A stretch of 64,000 nucleotides of DNA, taken from the NCBI GenBank assembly GCA_049324875.1, contig JBMONC010000063.1, positions 5,012 through 69,011 on the forward strand, written 5' to 3'. Origin of the DNA: Bacillota bacterium. Its GTDB lineage: Bacteria; Bacillota; Sulfobacillia; Symbiobacteriales; Symbiobacteriaceae. The notes beneath the pieces are model-generated. The model was not told where the DNA came from. It saw only the letters and a program-made list of their open reading frames with translations, and searched no databases. A program made the position numbers and the translations under genes. Shown piece by piece: positions 9,001 through 16,494 of this stretch. Each line of letters opens with the position of its first letter. The stretch's first letter is position 1.

Positions 9001-9996
9001 CTCCAGCAGCGTCTCCAGGTAGCGCCGGTTGTAGAGGCCGGTCAGCGGGTCGATCAGGGCGAACTGGCCCATGGCGGAAGCGCTTGAGTCGGCGGCCACC
9101 TCCGTCGCCGGGCGGCCGGACCAGTTGCCCAGCACCTGCAGGTCGCGGGCGGAGAGGCTCCCTGCCTCCGGAATCAGGGCGGCAGCCGCCTGGGCTCCCA
9201 CCGTAGGTGCCGCCTGCCAGGAGCCGGCCCGCTCGATCTCGCCGCCGGCAATCTGGTCCCGCAGCCGGGTGGTGGCGGGGTCCGGGGTGGCGCCCAGCTG
9301 CGCCTGGATGATCTGAGCGCATTGGGTGTACTGGTTGAGCGCCGCCCCCCGCTCGCCCGCCTGGTAGTAGGCGACCATCAGCCACCGGTGGAAGCGCTCC
9401 TGCAGCGGGTCGATGGCAAGCGCCTGCTGGCTGTGCGCGATCACCCGGCCCCAGGCGCTCCGCCCTTCTTCCAGCTGCACAAGCCGGGCCAGCGCTTCGA
9501 GGATCCGTCGCTCCCAGAGCAGCCGCTCCTGCTCCAGCCATTCCTCGTAGGTGGAACTGAAGGTGGGCACAAACCCCTGCAGCAGCGGGCCCCGCCAGAG
9601 GGAGACCGCCTCGGAGATCGCCTCCACCTGATTGACCCCGGATGCCGACTGGCCGGAGGATTCCAGGCCGACGGCACGGCTGATCTCCAGGAAGCGGAGC
9701 GTGTCCAGGGCCACCCCCGAGTACCGGTCCCACTGGAGCATGTCCCCGTTCTGGCGGATGGGACAGACCGGCATCGACTGCCGGAGCCGGGAGAGGGTGG
9801 TGTTCAGCCGGTTCCGCCCCTCCGATTCGCTGTCGTCAGGCCAGAGGAGATTGGTGATGTGGGAACGCGAGAAGGCCGTCTCAGGCTGCGCGGCCAGGTG
9901 CCAGAGCAGTGCCTGGGCTTTGGTGGCGCTGTACCGAATCGGCCCGTTGGGTCCCTGGAAGGAGGGCTGCCCGAGAATGGAGAGCGAATAGGCCAT
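6031..9996 (-). CDS. Multidomain regulator: SARP winged-helix + BTAD, degenerate GGDEF, P-loop (AAA_16/NB-ARC-like) NTPase, TPR-like C-terminal half
   Basis: N-terminus: SILGQPSF...TKAQALLWHLA...ITNLLWPD...RNRLNTTLSRLRQ, then WLEQERLLWERR...AIDPLQERFHRWLMVAYYQAGERGAALNQYTQC (SARP/BTAD pattern). Middle: IDPLTGLYNRRYLE...ALLDMKGLRRVNDTLGLERGDSVL...VSRMGGGSFAVLF (GGDEF fold, signature GGGSF). Then Walker A LEGTPGSGKS and Walker B LICIDDLHEA. The remaining ~650 aa are Ala/Leu-rich helical repeats ending in TPR-like units. Confidence 0.8.
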   Translation of the reverse strand: MAYSLSILGQPSFQGPNGPIRYSATKAQALLWHLAAQPETAFSRSHITNLLWPDDSESEGRNRLNTTLSRLRQSMPVCPIRQNGDMLQWDRYSGVALDTLRFLEISRAVGLESSGQSASGVNQVEAISEAVSLWRGPLLQGFVPTFSSTYEEWLEQERLLWERRILEALARLVQLEEGRSAWGRVIAHSQQALAIDPLQERFHRWLMVAYYQAGERGAALNQYTQCAQIIQAQLGATPDPATTRLRDQIAGGEIERAGSWQAAPTVGAQAAAALIPEAGSLSARDLQVLGNWSGRPATEVAADSSASAMGQFALIDPLTGLYNRRYLETLLELEIRSGNAPVIALLDMKGLRRVNDTLGLERGDSVLRTCAAYFREELPQGVVSRMGGGSFAVLFPSVPVDVAAVLVQQAVAGLSASLVIPDLRGSVEFAAGIAAYPEDAADALSLQRTAEVAVHWAKKHRARRVVLARDLMATSSLEQTRSPEFSAALIGRESLWERMQMLLDQAAAGRGQMLVLEGTPGSGKSRLIAELAQTARLSGWRVVQVAPSPSGALYEPVSEALKALTGREPQGLPDDPYGQVRALAGRLMEEVGHSQPVLICIDDLHEAGNLTALALTHMSWKLHHGRVMVALALETGANTTFDWSSLTTIGAATQRLVREQLLGLDLNGTRRLALAQLGSTLAGPAVRVLHEMTGGNPLQVIQVLKAWTGTGILTPGPSGWTLDFEAAVQAPRDLLGALTWRMGQLEPDVQELLGLAAVLGREFHTSDLRRLSSGEEELLKSGLEQAVQEWIIAATGPDLYRFTHPLLREAAYTRLNPLTRRLAHGLAGLLLVESGGAHPGQLARHFDAAGMPERSFAYHIQAGEEAEARRAYVTARHHLTRAWQVLPGVAGVDPSLQERLPLALSRVMLTYGDRRAAVDTCREALQRSGLPSATQAALLLGLGRIAMAEGDGGSVLEVLERAEALREQLDPADSIRLAALRSRYRLWQSQTADSLAEVLRQANEAARVGDPTVEGLLLSDAARAMLALGQSRSDVYEVAQRAVARLPIGSGPAAPVARLTTALAAATTREALPWVHEALEAAIFAGETGLLPHLLHMIGRLERASGSWLVARRVFEAALVIGARTGSVADRCATMGEMALMLAWMGEQEEAQALIITAVQMATSAGLPHLLSTARVQLARCLIAAGKPREALRSLGEGGPRAGLEYHLALLDGLIQAGELHRAVVEAAGLPKPQGEQLVYHALLLGRLARRQGRPQEALRWLNQAIAQAERPFAEQYEIAQAYGEQAYALHALGDVEAAEKSLQAAKEWLSRVNVVGIPIV

Positions 9997-10011
9997 GCTG
10001 AACCCCCGTGT

Positions 10012-10053
10012 AAGAGATGAAAGGGATGTGAAAGAGCGACGTGAAAGATACAG
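10012..10053 (+). repeat. Three phased purine-rich direct repeats (same words as upstream of pilB)
   Basis: GTGTAAGAGATGAAAGG, GATGTGAAAGAG and GACGTGAAAGAT. The TGAAAG cores lie at 10022, 10033 and 10046 (11- and 13-nt phasing). The repeats sit 16-57 nt upstream of the SARP gene start on the opposite strand, oriented toward the small ORF at 10253. Confidence 0.5.
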
Positions 10054-10252
10054 ACGATTTCGGTGTTTAGGTGAGAAAAACCTGCAGGAAAGAAGCGTTG
10101 ACGTTTAAGAACTATGCAGAGTGGCTCGTCCTGGTATCACCCGAAGGAGGCCCGAACCAGTAGATCGAATCCTGCTCATATCCCAGTCTGGTGGTGAAGA
10201 CAGAATGCTGGCCAGAGCGGAAGTGTACATTCAGTGCAGGCGGAGAATATGT

Positions 10253-10417
10253 CCCGTCCCCAGCGTGAACTGGATGACCTCCCTGTTGATCCACGTGACC
10301 TGGATACGGCCTTGGAGCGATTCGAGCGCATTAGCGCCGATCTTTACAAGATGGATGAGCTTGTGGATGGATACACCAACGAACTCCTCTCTCGATTGCA
10401 GACCATGGAGTGAGGCC
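10253..10417 (+). CDS. Small acidic helical protein (54 aa), unannotated candidate
   Basis: Below the length range of ORFs shown in the track (shortest listed is 60 aa). ATG 10253 is preceded by GGCGGAG. Translation: MSRPQRELDDLPVDPRDLDTALERFERISADLYKMDELVDGYTNELLSRLQTME. It ends 48 nt before a strong hairpin (10466-10497). GC3 is lower than in neighbours, and there is no family assignment. Confidence 0.35.
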
Positions 10418-10465
10418 GCCCTGTCGAGCGAGCCTCGCCGCAGGCCCTGGTCACCAAGAAAACAC

Positions 10466-10497
10466 CACCCTGCCCGACACGGCAGGGTGGTGTTTCA
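10466..10497. terminator. Bidirectional intrinsic terminator (ABC operon on the minus strand, small ORF on the plus strand)
   Basis: 13-bp stem ACACCACCCTGCC / GGCAGGGTGGTGT with a 6-nt loop. It is followed by TTTC on the plus strand and TTTTCTT on the minus strand, and lies 8 nt below the stop of the permease gene (10505). Confidence 0.8.
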
Positions 10498-10504
10498 AGT
10501 ATCA

Positions 10505-11332
10505 CTACTTGATCCCCGTCAGCGTAATCCCCTTGATGATCTGCTTCTGGAAGATGGCAAAGATGATCAGCACCGGCACCACCGCCATGGTCGCCCCCGC
10601 CATCACCAGCTCATACTGGTTGAAATTCTCATAGCTAAAGAACGAGAGCCCCACCGGGAGGGTCCGCATCTCCGGCGACTCGATGGCGATCACCGGCCAG
10701 AGGAAGGCGTTCCAGTTCCCGAGGAAGGTGAGGATGCAGAGCGCCGCCAGGGCGGGGCGGACGTTGGGCATGGCGATCCGCCAGAAGATGCCGAACTCGC
10801 CCAGGCCGTCGATCCGGCCGGCGTCCAGCAGGTCGCTGGGGACCCCCTCCATGAACTGGCGCATCAGGAAGATGCCGACGGCGGTGATCAGCCCCGGGAA
10901 CATGATGCCCAGGTAGGTGTCGACGATCCCCGCCTTGGTCGCCCCGATGTACCAGGGGATGATCAGCATCTCGGTCGGGATCATGATCGAGCTCAGGATG
11001 GCGAAGAAGATGACCTCCCGCCCCCGGAACTGGATCTTGGCCAGGATGTAGCCCACCAGCGAGTCGAAGAAGGCGACGCTCAGGGTGGTGGTGCTCGCCA
11101 CGATGATCGAGTTCAGGTACCAGCGGGCGAAGGGGGTCTCGCTGAAGATCTTCTGGAAGTTGGCCAGGGTGGCGGTCTCGGGGATCAGGGAGAGGGTGTA
11201 GATCTCGGTGGAGGGCTTGAAGGCGGTGGAGATCATCCACAGGAAGGGGAAGAGCGTGACCACGGCGCCCGCCAGGAGAACCAGGTAGGTGAGCGCCTGG
11301 ACCAGCTGCCTTGGGAACGGAGCCCGGTTCAT
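10505..11332 (-). CDS. CUT1-family sugar ABC transporter permease (MalG-like)
   Basis: 275 aa, six hydrophobic segments, EAA loop LDAGRIDGLGEFGIFWRIAMPNVRPAL. Confidence 0.85.
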   Translation of the reverse strand: MNRAPFPRQLVQALTYLVLLAGAVVTLFPFLWMISTAFKPSTEIYTLSLIPETATLANFQKIFSETPFARWYLNSIIVASTTTLSVAFFDSLVGYILAKIQFRGREVIFFAILSSIMIPTEMLIIPWYIGATKAGIVDTYLGIMFPGLITAVGIFLMRQFMEGVPSDLLDAGRIDGLGEFGIFWRIAMPNVRPALAALCILTFLGNWNAFLWPVIAIESPEMRTLPVGLSFFSYENFNQYELVMAGATMAVVPVLIIFAIFQKQIIKGITLTGIK

Positions 11333-11344
11333 GCGTTCACCTCC

Positions 11345-12352
11345 CTAGTACTCAAACCTCCGGGTCAGCACCTTGGACTGCACGATGGTCAGCACCAGGA
11401 TGATGAAGAAGAGAATCACCGTCGTGGCCGAGGCGTAGGAGAGGTTGAAGGACTTGAAGGCCTCCTCATAGATGAAGAGCACCAGCGTCTTGGTGGAGTT
11501 GAGCGGCCCGCCGGCGCCCTGGCTGGACATGTTCAGCACCTCGGTGAAGACCTGCAGGTAGCGGATGGTGCCGGTCAGCGCCAGGAAGACGATGGTGGGG
11601 TTGAGCAGCGGGAGGGTGATGTGCCAGAAGCGGCGCCAGGCGCCGGCGCCGTCGATCTCGGCCGCCTCGTAGAACTGCTGCGGGATCGACTCCAGCCCCG
11701 CCAGGAAGATCACCATGGAGAAGCCGAGCCCCTGCCAGACGATGGCGGCGATGATCACGTAGATCGCCTGGGTGGGGCTGCCCAGCAGCTTCTGGGCCGG
11801 GAAGCCCAGCCCCAGCAGGATCTGGTTGAAGAGGCCGCCGTGCTCCTGCATGATCCAGCGCCAGACCCAGGCCACCGCCACCGAGGAGGTGACGTAGGGG
11901 ATGAAGTAGAGCATCCGGAATACGCCCTGGAAGCGGTTGAGCCGCTGGATCAGCAGGGCGACACAGAGCCCGATGGTCAGCTGGGCCGGCACCCCCACCA
12001 GCACGTAGACGAACGTGTTGCGCAGCGACTGGTAGAAGACCTTGTCCTGGAACAGCTCCCGGTAGTTGGCCAGGCCGACCCAGGGCTGTTCCTCGCCGAG
12101 GATCTGCCAGTCGTACAGGCTGATCTGCATGGCGTAGAGGGTCGGCGCCATGCGGATGGTGACGAAGAAGAGCAGCGGGACCAGCAGGGCGCCCCAGGCC
12201 CAGAGCGCTCGCTTCTGGCTGAGGGTCATCCTCCTGACCGGCGTCGTCTGACGGGAAGGCTGCGGAACCGTTGCCAAGGCCATTCCCCCATTTCGGCGCG
12301 TCCTTCGATCGGGGCGCGATTCCCCGGGCCGTGGGGGCCCGGGGAATCGCAT
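11345..12352 (-). CDS. CUT1-family sugar ABC transporter permease (MalF-like)
   Basis: EAA loop YEAAEIDGAGAWRRFWHITLPLLNPTI and multiple TM segments. The start is uncertain: ATG 12352, 12283 (MALATV...) or 12229 (MTLSQKRALW...) are all possible, and none has an ideal SD spacing. Confidence 0.8.
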   Translation of the reverse strand: MRFPGPPRPGESRPDRRTRRNGGMALATVPQPSRQTTPVRRMTLSQKRALWAWGALLVPLLFFVTIRMAPTLYAMQISLYDWQILGEEQPWVGLANYRELFQDKVFYQSLRNTFVYVLVGVPAQLTIGLCVALLIQRLNRFQGVFRMLYFIPYVTSSVAVAWVWRWIMQEHGGLFNQILLGLGFPAQKLLGSPTQAIYVIIAAIVWQGLGFSMVIFLAGLESIPQQFYEAAEIDGAGAWRRFWHITLPLLNPTIVFLALTGTIRYLQVFTEVLNMSSQGAGGPLNSTKTLVLFIYEEAFKSFNLSYASATTVILFFIILVLTIVQSKVLTRRFEY

Positions 12353-12367
12353 CCGCTTCGGCCTGGT

Positions 12368-13684
12368 TTACTTCTTCTTGGCCCAGTAGTCGTCGAAGAG
12401 CTTCTGGACGGCGGCCTCGGCATCCTTCAGGGCCGCCTCGGGATCCTTGCCCTTCAGGATCACCTCATCCACGGCGTCGATCAGCGCCTGCCGGTCCTTC
12501 TTCTCGTCGACGAAGAAGGTGGCGTTGGCGTAGGGCAGCCCCTCGATGAAGCCCTTCAGCTTCGGATCGTTGGCGAACTTCTGGGCCACCTCCGGCCGGG
12601 CCGGCAGCTCGCCGATGGCGTTGGTCCAGCGCTCCATCACGTCGGGCTGGGTCAGGAACTGCAGGAACTTGATCGCCGCCTGCTTCTTGGCGCCCTCGGC
12701 CTTGCGGGTGATGCCGTTGGCCCAGAAGGAGGACATGGTGTAGGGCTTGCCGTTGGGGCCGACCGGCAGCGGGGCGGAGGCCCAATTGAACTTGACATCC
12801 TTCAGGGAGCCGACCCGGAAGGAGCCGTCCACGTTCATGGCCGCCTTGCCCGCCTTGAAGGCGGTGACGTCATCGGTCATGAAGCCGATCTCGCCCACCT
12901 TGTGGACGGTCTGCAGCTCCACCCACCACTTGAAGGCCTTGATCCCCTCGGGGGAGGCCCAGCTGATCTTCTTGCCGTCGGCCGACTGCGGCTCGCCGCC
13001 GGCCTGCCGGATCAGCACCTCCCGGAACCAGTTGTGCCCCTGGCCGCCGGTGTTGAAGTAGAAGCCCACCTGCTGCAGCTGGCCGTTGGCGTCCCGCTTG
13101 GTGGTCTTCTTGGCGTACTCCACCAGCTCGTCCCAGGTCCTGGGCGGGCCGGGGATGTTGGCCTCCTTCAGCAGGTCCTCGTTGTAGAGCATCGCCAGGG
13201 TGCGGACGGCGGTGGGGAGGACATAGTACTTGCCGTCCATCTTGGCCGCCTTGACCAGGCTGAAGAACTCCTTCTCGATGGTCGCTGGCGGGAAGGCATC
13301 CTCGGGGAGCGGCTGCAGGTAGCCGGAGTCGACGTAGAGCGGCAGCCAGCCGTAGTAGAGGTTGATCACGTCGGGGCCGCGGCCGGCGGAGACGGTGGCG
13401 GCCACCTTCTCGTTGTACTGCTCATAGGGGAAGGTGACGTGCTTGACGGTGATGTTGGGGTTCTTTTGCTGGAACTCGGCGATCAGCTCGTCCATCAGCT
13501 TCTTCTTGGAGGCGAAGTCGTACTGCCAGTACTCGATCTCGACCTTCTCTTCAGCCTTGGGCTGGGCCGTGTTGTTCTCGGTCTTGGCGGGTTCCTGCGC
13601 CGATTTGGTGCCCCCGCCGCAGGCGGCCAGCACCAGGGAGAGCGCCAACAGTGTGCCCAGGAGTGCCGCAAACCTCTTCTTCAT
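12368..13684 (-). CDS. Extracellular solute-binding lipoprotein, sugar (family 1) type
   Basis: Lipoprotein signal MKKRFAALLGTLLALSLVLAA|CGGG. At 438 aa its size and composition are typical of CUT1 binding proteins. It is the first transporter gene of the operon. No ABC ATPase gene is present in the operon. Confidence 0.85.
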   Translation of the reverse strand: MKKRFAALLGTLLALSLVLAACGGGTKSAQEPAKTENNTAQPKAEEKVEIEYWQYDFASKKKLMDELIAEFQQKNPNITVKHVTFPYEQYNEKVAATVSAGRGPDVINLYYGWLPLYVDSGYLQPLPEDAFPPATIEKEFFSLVKAAKMDGKYYVLPTAVRTLAMLYNEDLLKEANIPGPPRTWDELVEYAKKTTKRDANGQLQQVGFYFNTGGQGHNWFREVLIRQAGGEPQSADGKKISWASPEGIKAFKWWVELQTVHKVGEIGFMTDDVTAFKAGKAAMNVDGSFRVGSLKDVKFNWASAPLPVGPNGKPYTMSSFWANGITRKAEGAKKQAAIKFLQFLTQPDVMERWTNAIGELPARPEVAQKFANDPKLKGFIEGLPYANATFFVDEKKDRQALIDAVDEVILKGKDPEAALKDAEAAVQKLFDDYWAKKK

Positions 13685-13731
13685 CCCTCTACCCCCTGTC
13701 TGTGTTCTACAAACCCCGGTGCCGGAGCCGC

Positions 13732-15204
13732 CTATCCCTGCAGCAGGGAGAGTGCATCCGAGAGCATCAGGGATCGTGCCCTGTTCTGGGCCTCCCGCCG
13801 GGCGGTAACCGCGGCCTTCGCCTGCTCCACAGCCCCGCCGGCCGCCTGGAGCGCCCGCCGGACCTCCCGGGGGGCCGGTCCCCCCACCACCGCCCGCCGC
13901 TCCACGAAGTGGCGGGGGTCGATCGCCCGGCGGAATCCCTCCTCGGTCAGCCCGGTGGGGCGACCGAGAACCGCCTGCGCCGCTGTGTTTAGTTCGACGA
14001 GTGAAGCATCGGGCAGGGTACGCTGTTCCGATCGGAGCACCTGGACAAACCGGCTCACAACGTGGTGCGCCTGGCGGAAGGGGATCTGCTCCTCCCGCAC
14101 CAGGGTGTCGGCCAGCTCGGTCACCACCGAGAAGCCCTCCCGGGCCCGGGCCTCCAGGAGCGCCGTGTTGAAGGAAAGCTTGGCGAGGATCTCGGGCAGC
14201 AGGTCCAGCGCCCGCCGGGCCTCCTCCACCGCCTCCTCCAGCAGGGGCTGGAGGTCATCCCCCACGTCGTTGATGTCCCCCAGCGGGACGTTGTGGGCCA
14301 GGGGGAAGAGGGCGCCGGCCCGGCCCATCAGCCGGCTGAGGACCGCCCGCAGGTGCTCGATCGCCACCGGGTTTCGTTTCTGTGGCATGATGCTCGATAC
14401 CTGCACCAGGCTGTCGTCCAGCCGGAGAATATCAAACTCGTTGGTGGCCCAGAGCAGCAGGTCGGTGGTGAAGCGGCTCAGGTTGGAGCCCATCACCGCC
14501 AGGGCGGAGGCCGCCTCCAGCATGTGATCGGAGGCGGAGACGGCGTCGTAGGCGTTCTCCACCAGCCCCTCGAAGCCGAGCCAGCGGGCCACCAGCTCCC
14601 GGTCGATGGGAAAGCCGGTGGTGGTCAGGGCGGCGGCCCCCATGGGGGAGCGGTTGACCCGGCTGTAGAGCGCCAGGAGCCGCTCGGTGTCCCGGGCCAG
14701 ATTCCCCTCCACCGCCAGCAGGTAGTGGGCCAGGGTGGTGGGCTGCGCCTGCTGGTTGTGGGTGTGGGCGACCATCACCGTCTCGGCATGCTGCCCGGCC
14801 AGGGTGAGGACGGCGCTCCGGGCGGCGAGGAGCCGGTCCAGCAGGTCGAGCAGGTCCTGCCGGAGCGCCATCCGGAAGATGGCGGCATCCAGGTCGTTGC
14901 GGCTGAAGGCGACGTGCAAGTGGCCTGCCGTCTCCGCCCCCACCGTTTGCTCCACCTGCGCCTCGATCAGGAAGAAGAGGTCTTCGTAGGTGGGGTCGTA
15001 CCCCTGCTGGGGCGGGCTCTCCATCCGGTCGAGGAGCGCCCGGGTCAGGGCCCGGGCCGCCTCCGCCGGGATGATGGCGCAGCGGTTCAGCATCAGGGTG
15101 TGGGCCAGGTTGACCTCCATGATCGACCGGTAGAAGCGGCGCTTGGCCACCTCGAAGCAGGGGGAGAGGATCTGGTGAACGTAGACCCGCGAGCGGTTGG
15201 GCAT
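13732..15204 (-). CDS. Argininosuccinate-lyase-like enzyme (fumarate lyase superfamily)
   Basis: Carries the superfamily signature SSIMPQKRNP (GSSxMPxKxN) plus ArgH-like blocks (HTHNQQAQPTTLAHYLL, TNEFDILRLDD). It sits between a ROK regulator and a sugar ABC transporter, not with arg genes. Confidence 0.75.
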   Translation of the reverse strand: MPNRSRVYVHQILSPCFEVAKRRFYRSIMEVNLAHTLMLNRCAIIPAEAARALTRALLDRMESPPQQGYDPTYEDLFFLIEAQVEQTVGAETAGHLHVAFSRNDLDAAIFRMALRQDLLDLLDRLLAARSAVLTLAGQHAETVMVAHTHNQQAQPTTLAHYLLAVEGNLARDTERLLALYSRVNRSPMGAAALTTTGFPIDRELVARWLGFEGLVENAYDAVSASDHMLEAASALAVMGSNLSRFTTDLLLWATNEFDILRLDDSLVQVSSIMPQKRNPVAIEHLRAVLSRLMGRAGALFPLAHNVPLGDINDVGDDLQPLLEEAVEEARRALDLLPEILAKLSFNTALLEARAREGFSVVTELADTLVREEQIPFRQAHHVVSRFVQVLRSEQRTLPDASLVELNTAAQAVLGRPTGLTEEGFRRAIDPRHFVERRAVVGGPAPREVRRALQAAGGAVEQAKAAVTARREAQNRARSLMLSDALSLLQG

Positions 15205-15249
15205 AGGAAAGACTCCCTTACTCGATGTAGGGGACCCGGGGGCGTCCGG

Positions 15250-16428
15250 TCAGACCTCGACCAGGACCGATCGCCGGTTGGCCTCCAGCACCAGGGCGAC
15301 CCCGCCCAGCACCCCGGCCTCCTCCTTCAGCTCCGAGAGGCGGATGTGGGGCGGGTAGGGGGCCAGCCGCTCCACCACCGCGCGGATGGGCTCCAGCAGC
15401 AGGTGAGCCGACCGCATCACCCCGCCGGTCAGGATCACCAGTTCGGGGTCCAGCAGGCAGGCCATGTTGGCGATGGCCAGCCCCAGGTGCTCGGCGGTCT
15501 CCAGGACCACCCGCCGGGCCGCCTCGTTGCCCGACTCCGCCAGCCGCATCACCTCGGGGGCGTCCACGGGGAAGCCCAGGGCCTCGCTGCCCCGCCGGGC
15601 GATGCCGGGGCCGGCCGCCTCCTGCTCCAGGAAGCCGTAGGCGGTTCGGCCGGGCCGGGGGCGGCCCAGGAGATCCCGGCTGGTGGCCATGTAGCCCACC
15701 TCGCCGGCGGCGTCGTGGCTGCCGCGGTAGAGCTGCCCCTCCAGGAGGACGGCGCAGCCGATGCCGGTGCCCACCGCCATGCAGAGGGCGTTGCGCACCT
15801 CCCGGGCGGCGCCGAACCAGCGCTCGCCCAGCAGGATCGTGTTGGCGTCGTTGTCCAGGTAGACGGGGAGGTCGAACTCCTCCTCCAGCTTACGGCCCAG
15901 GGGGAAATCGCTCCAGCCAAGGTTGGGGGAGAGGGTGACCACGCCGTTCTCCAGGCTGGTGACCCCCGGCACCCCCAGCCCGATGCCCCGGATGGGCACG
16001 CCGGGCGGAGCCTGGGCGAGGAGGGAGCGGATCAGGGCCACCAGCCGCTGGTAGGGCTCCTCCGGCCCCTCCTCCCGGCGGATGGTCTGCCGGGTGATCA
16101 CCCGCCCCGCCAGGTTGGCCAGGCCGCCGGCCATCTTGCTCCCGCCGGCGTCGATCCCGACCACCAGGGCGGCGTCAGGGTTGAATTCGTAGAGCAGCGG
16201 CTTCCGGCCGCCGCTGGAGGCGCCCAGCCCCACGGTCTGGATCGCCCCCTGGGCGATCAGCGAGTCCAGCAGGGCGGTGACGGTGGGCTGGGTCAGGCCG
16301 CTCCGCCTGGCGATCTCGGTGCGGGAGAGCGGCCCCAGGTCGCGCACCAGCCGGAGCACGGTGCCCTCGTTGATGGCCTTCATCAACTGTGCGTTGCCAC
16401 GGGAGAGACCGCTGACAGGGGGTTTCAT
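15250..16428 (-). CDS. ROK-family transcriptional regulator (NagC/XylR-like)
   Basis: ATG 16428 with GGCGGAG 6 nt upstream; the 171 further codons of ORF 15250..16941 are read-through of the intergenic region. wHTH LSRTEIARRSGLTQPTVTALLDSL, then ROK sugar-kinase fold blocks (GIDAGGSK, GLGVPG, VGTGIGCAV..G..YRG...AGEVGYM). The usual CxCGxxGC zinc motif is not evident. Confidence 0.8.
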   Translation of the reverse strand: MKPPVSGLSRGNAQLMKAINEGTVLRLVRDLGPLSRTEIARRSGLTQPTVTALLDSLIAQGAIQTVGLGASSGGRKPLLYEFNPDAALVVGIDAGGSKMAGGLANLAGRVITRQTIRREEGPEEPYQRLVALIRSLLAQAPPGVPIRGIGLGVPGVTSLENGVVTLSPNLGWSDFPLGRKLEEEFDLPVYLDNDANTILLGERWFGAAREVRNALCMAVGTGIGCAVLLEGQLYRGSHDAAGEVGYMATSRDLLGRPRPGRTAYGFLEQEAAGPGIARRGSEALGFPVDAPEVMRLAESGNEAARRVVLETAEHLGLAIANMACLLDPELVILTGGVMRSAHLLLEPIRAVVERLAPYPPHIRLSELKEEAGVLGGVALVLEANRRSVLVEV

Positions 16429-16463
16429 CTGCGTCTCCGCCTTCCACGGTGGAAACTTTTGAA

Positions 16464-16494
16464 GGGACTTTTGAAAAGTTCTTTGGAAAGTCCC
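16464..16494. promoter_or_regulatory. Inverted repeat in the ROK / tube-like-gene divergent intergenic region (candidate operator)
   Basis: GGGACTTT (16464-16471) and AAAGTCCC (16487-16494), 8-bp arms and 15-nt spacer. It is embedded in an AT-rich stretch with the inner palindrome CTTTTGAAAAG and the direct repeat ACTTTTGAA x2. Confidence 0.3.

Noticed and set aside
8600-9100. Active diguanylate cyclase in the SARP-family regulator
   Set aside because: The signature is GGGSF instead of GG(D/E)EF and other catalytic-site residues are altered, so I call it a degenerate or sensor domain only.
10121-14527. 1468-aa plus-strand ORF, and similar giants at 18973..22131, 23482..25674, 25638..27872, 31029..34358 and 57636..61811
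   Set aside because: Their translations are low-complexity and dominated by Arg/Gly/Pro/Asp/His/Leu, with no motifs. They lie exactly antisense to well-supported minus-strand genes (ABC transporter, tail locus, LCP/protease). Long antisense ORFs are expected in stop-codon-poor GC-rich DNA.
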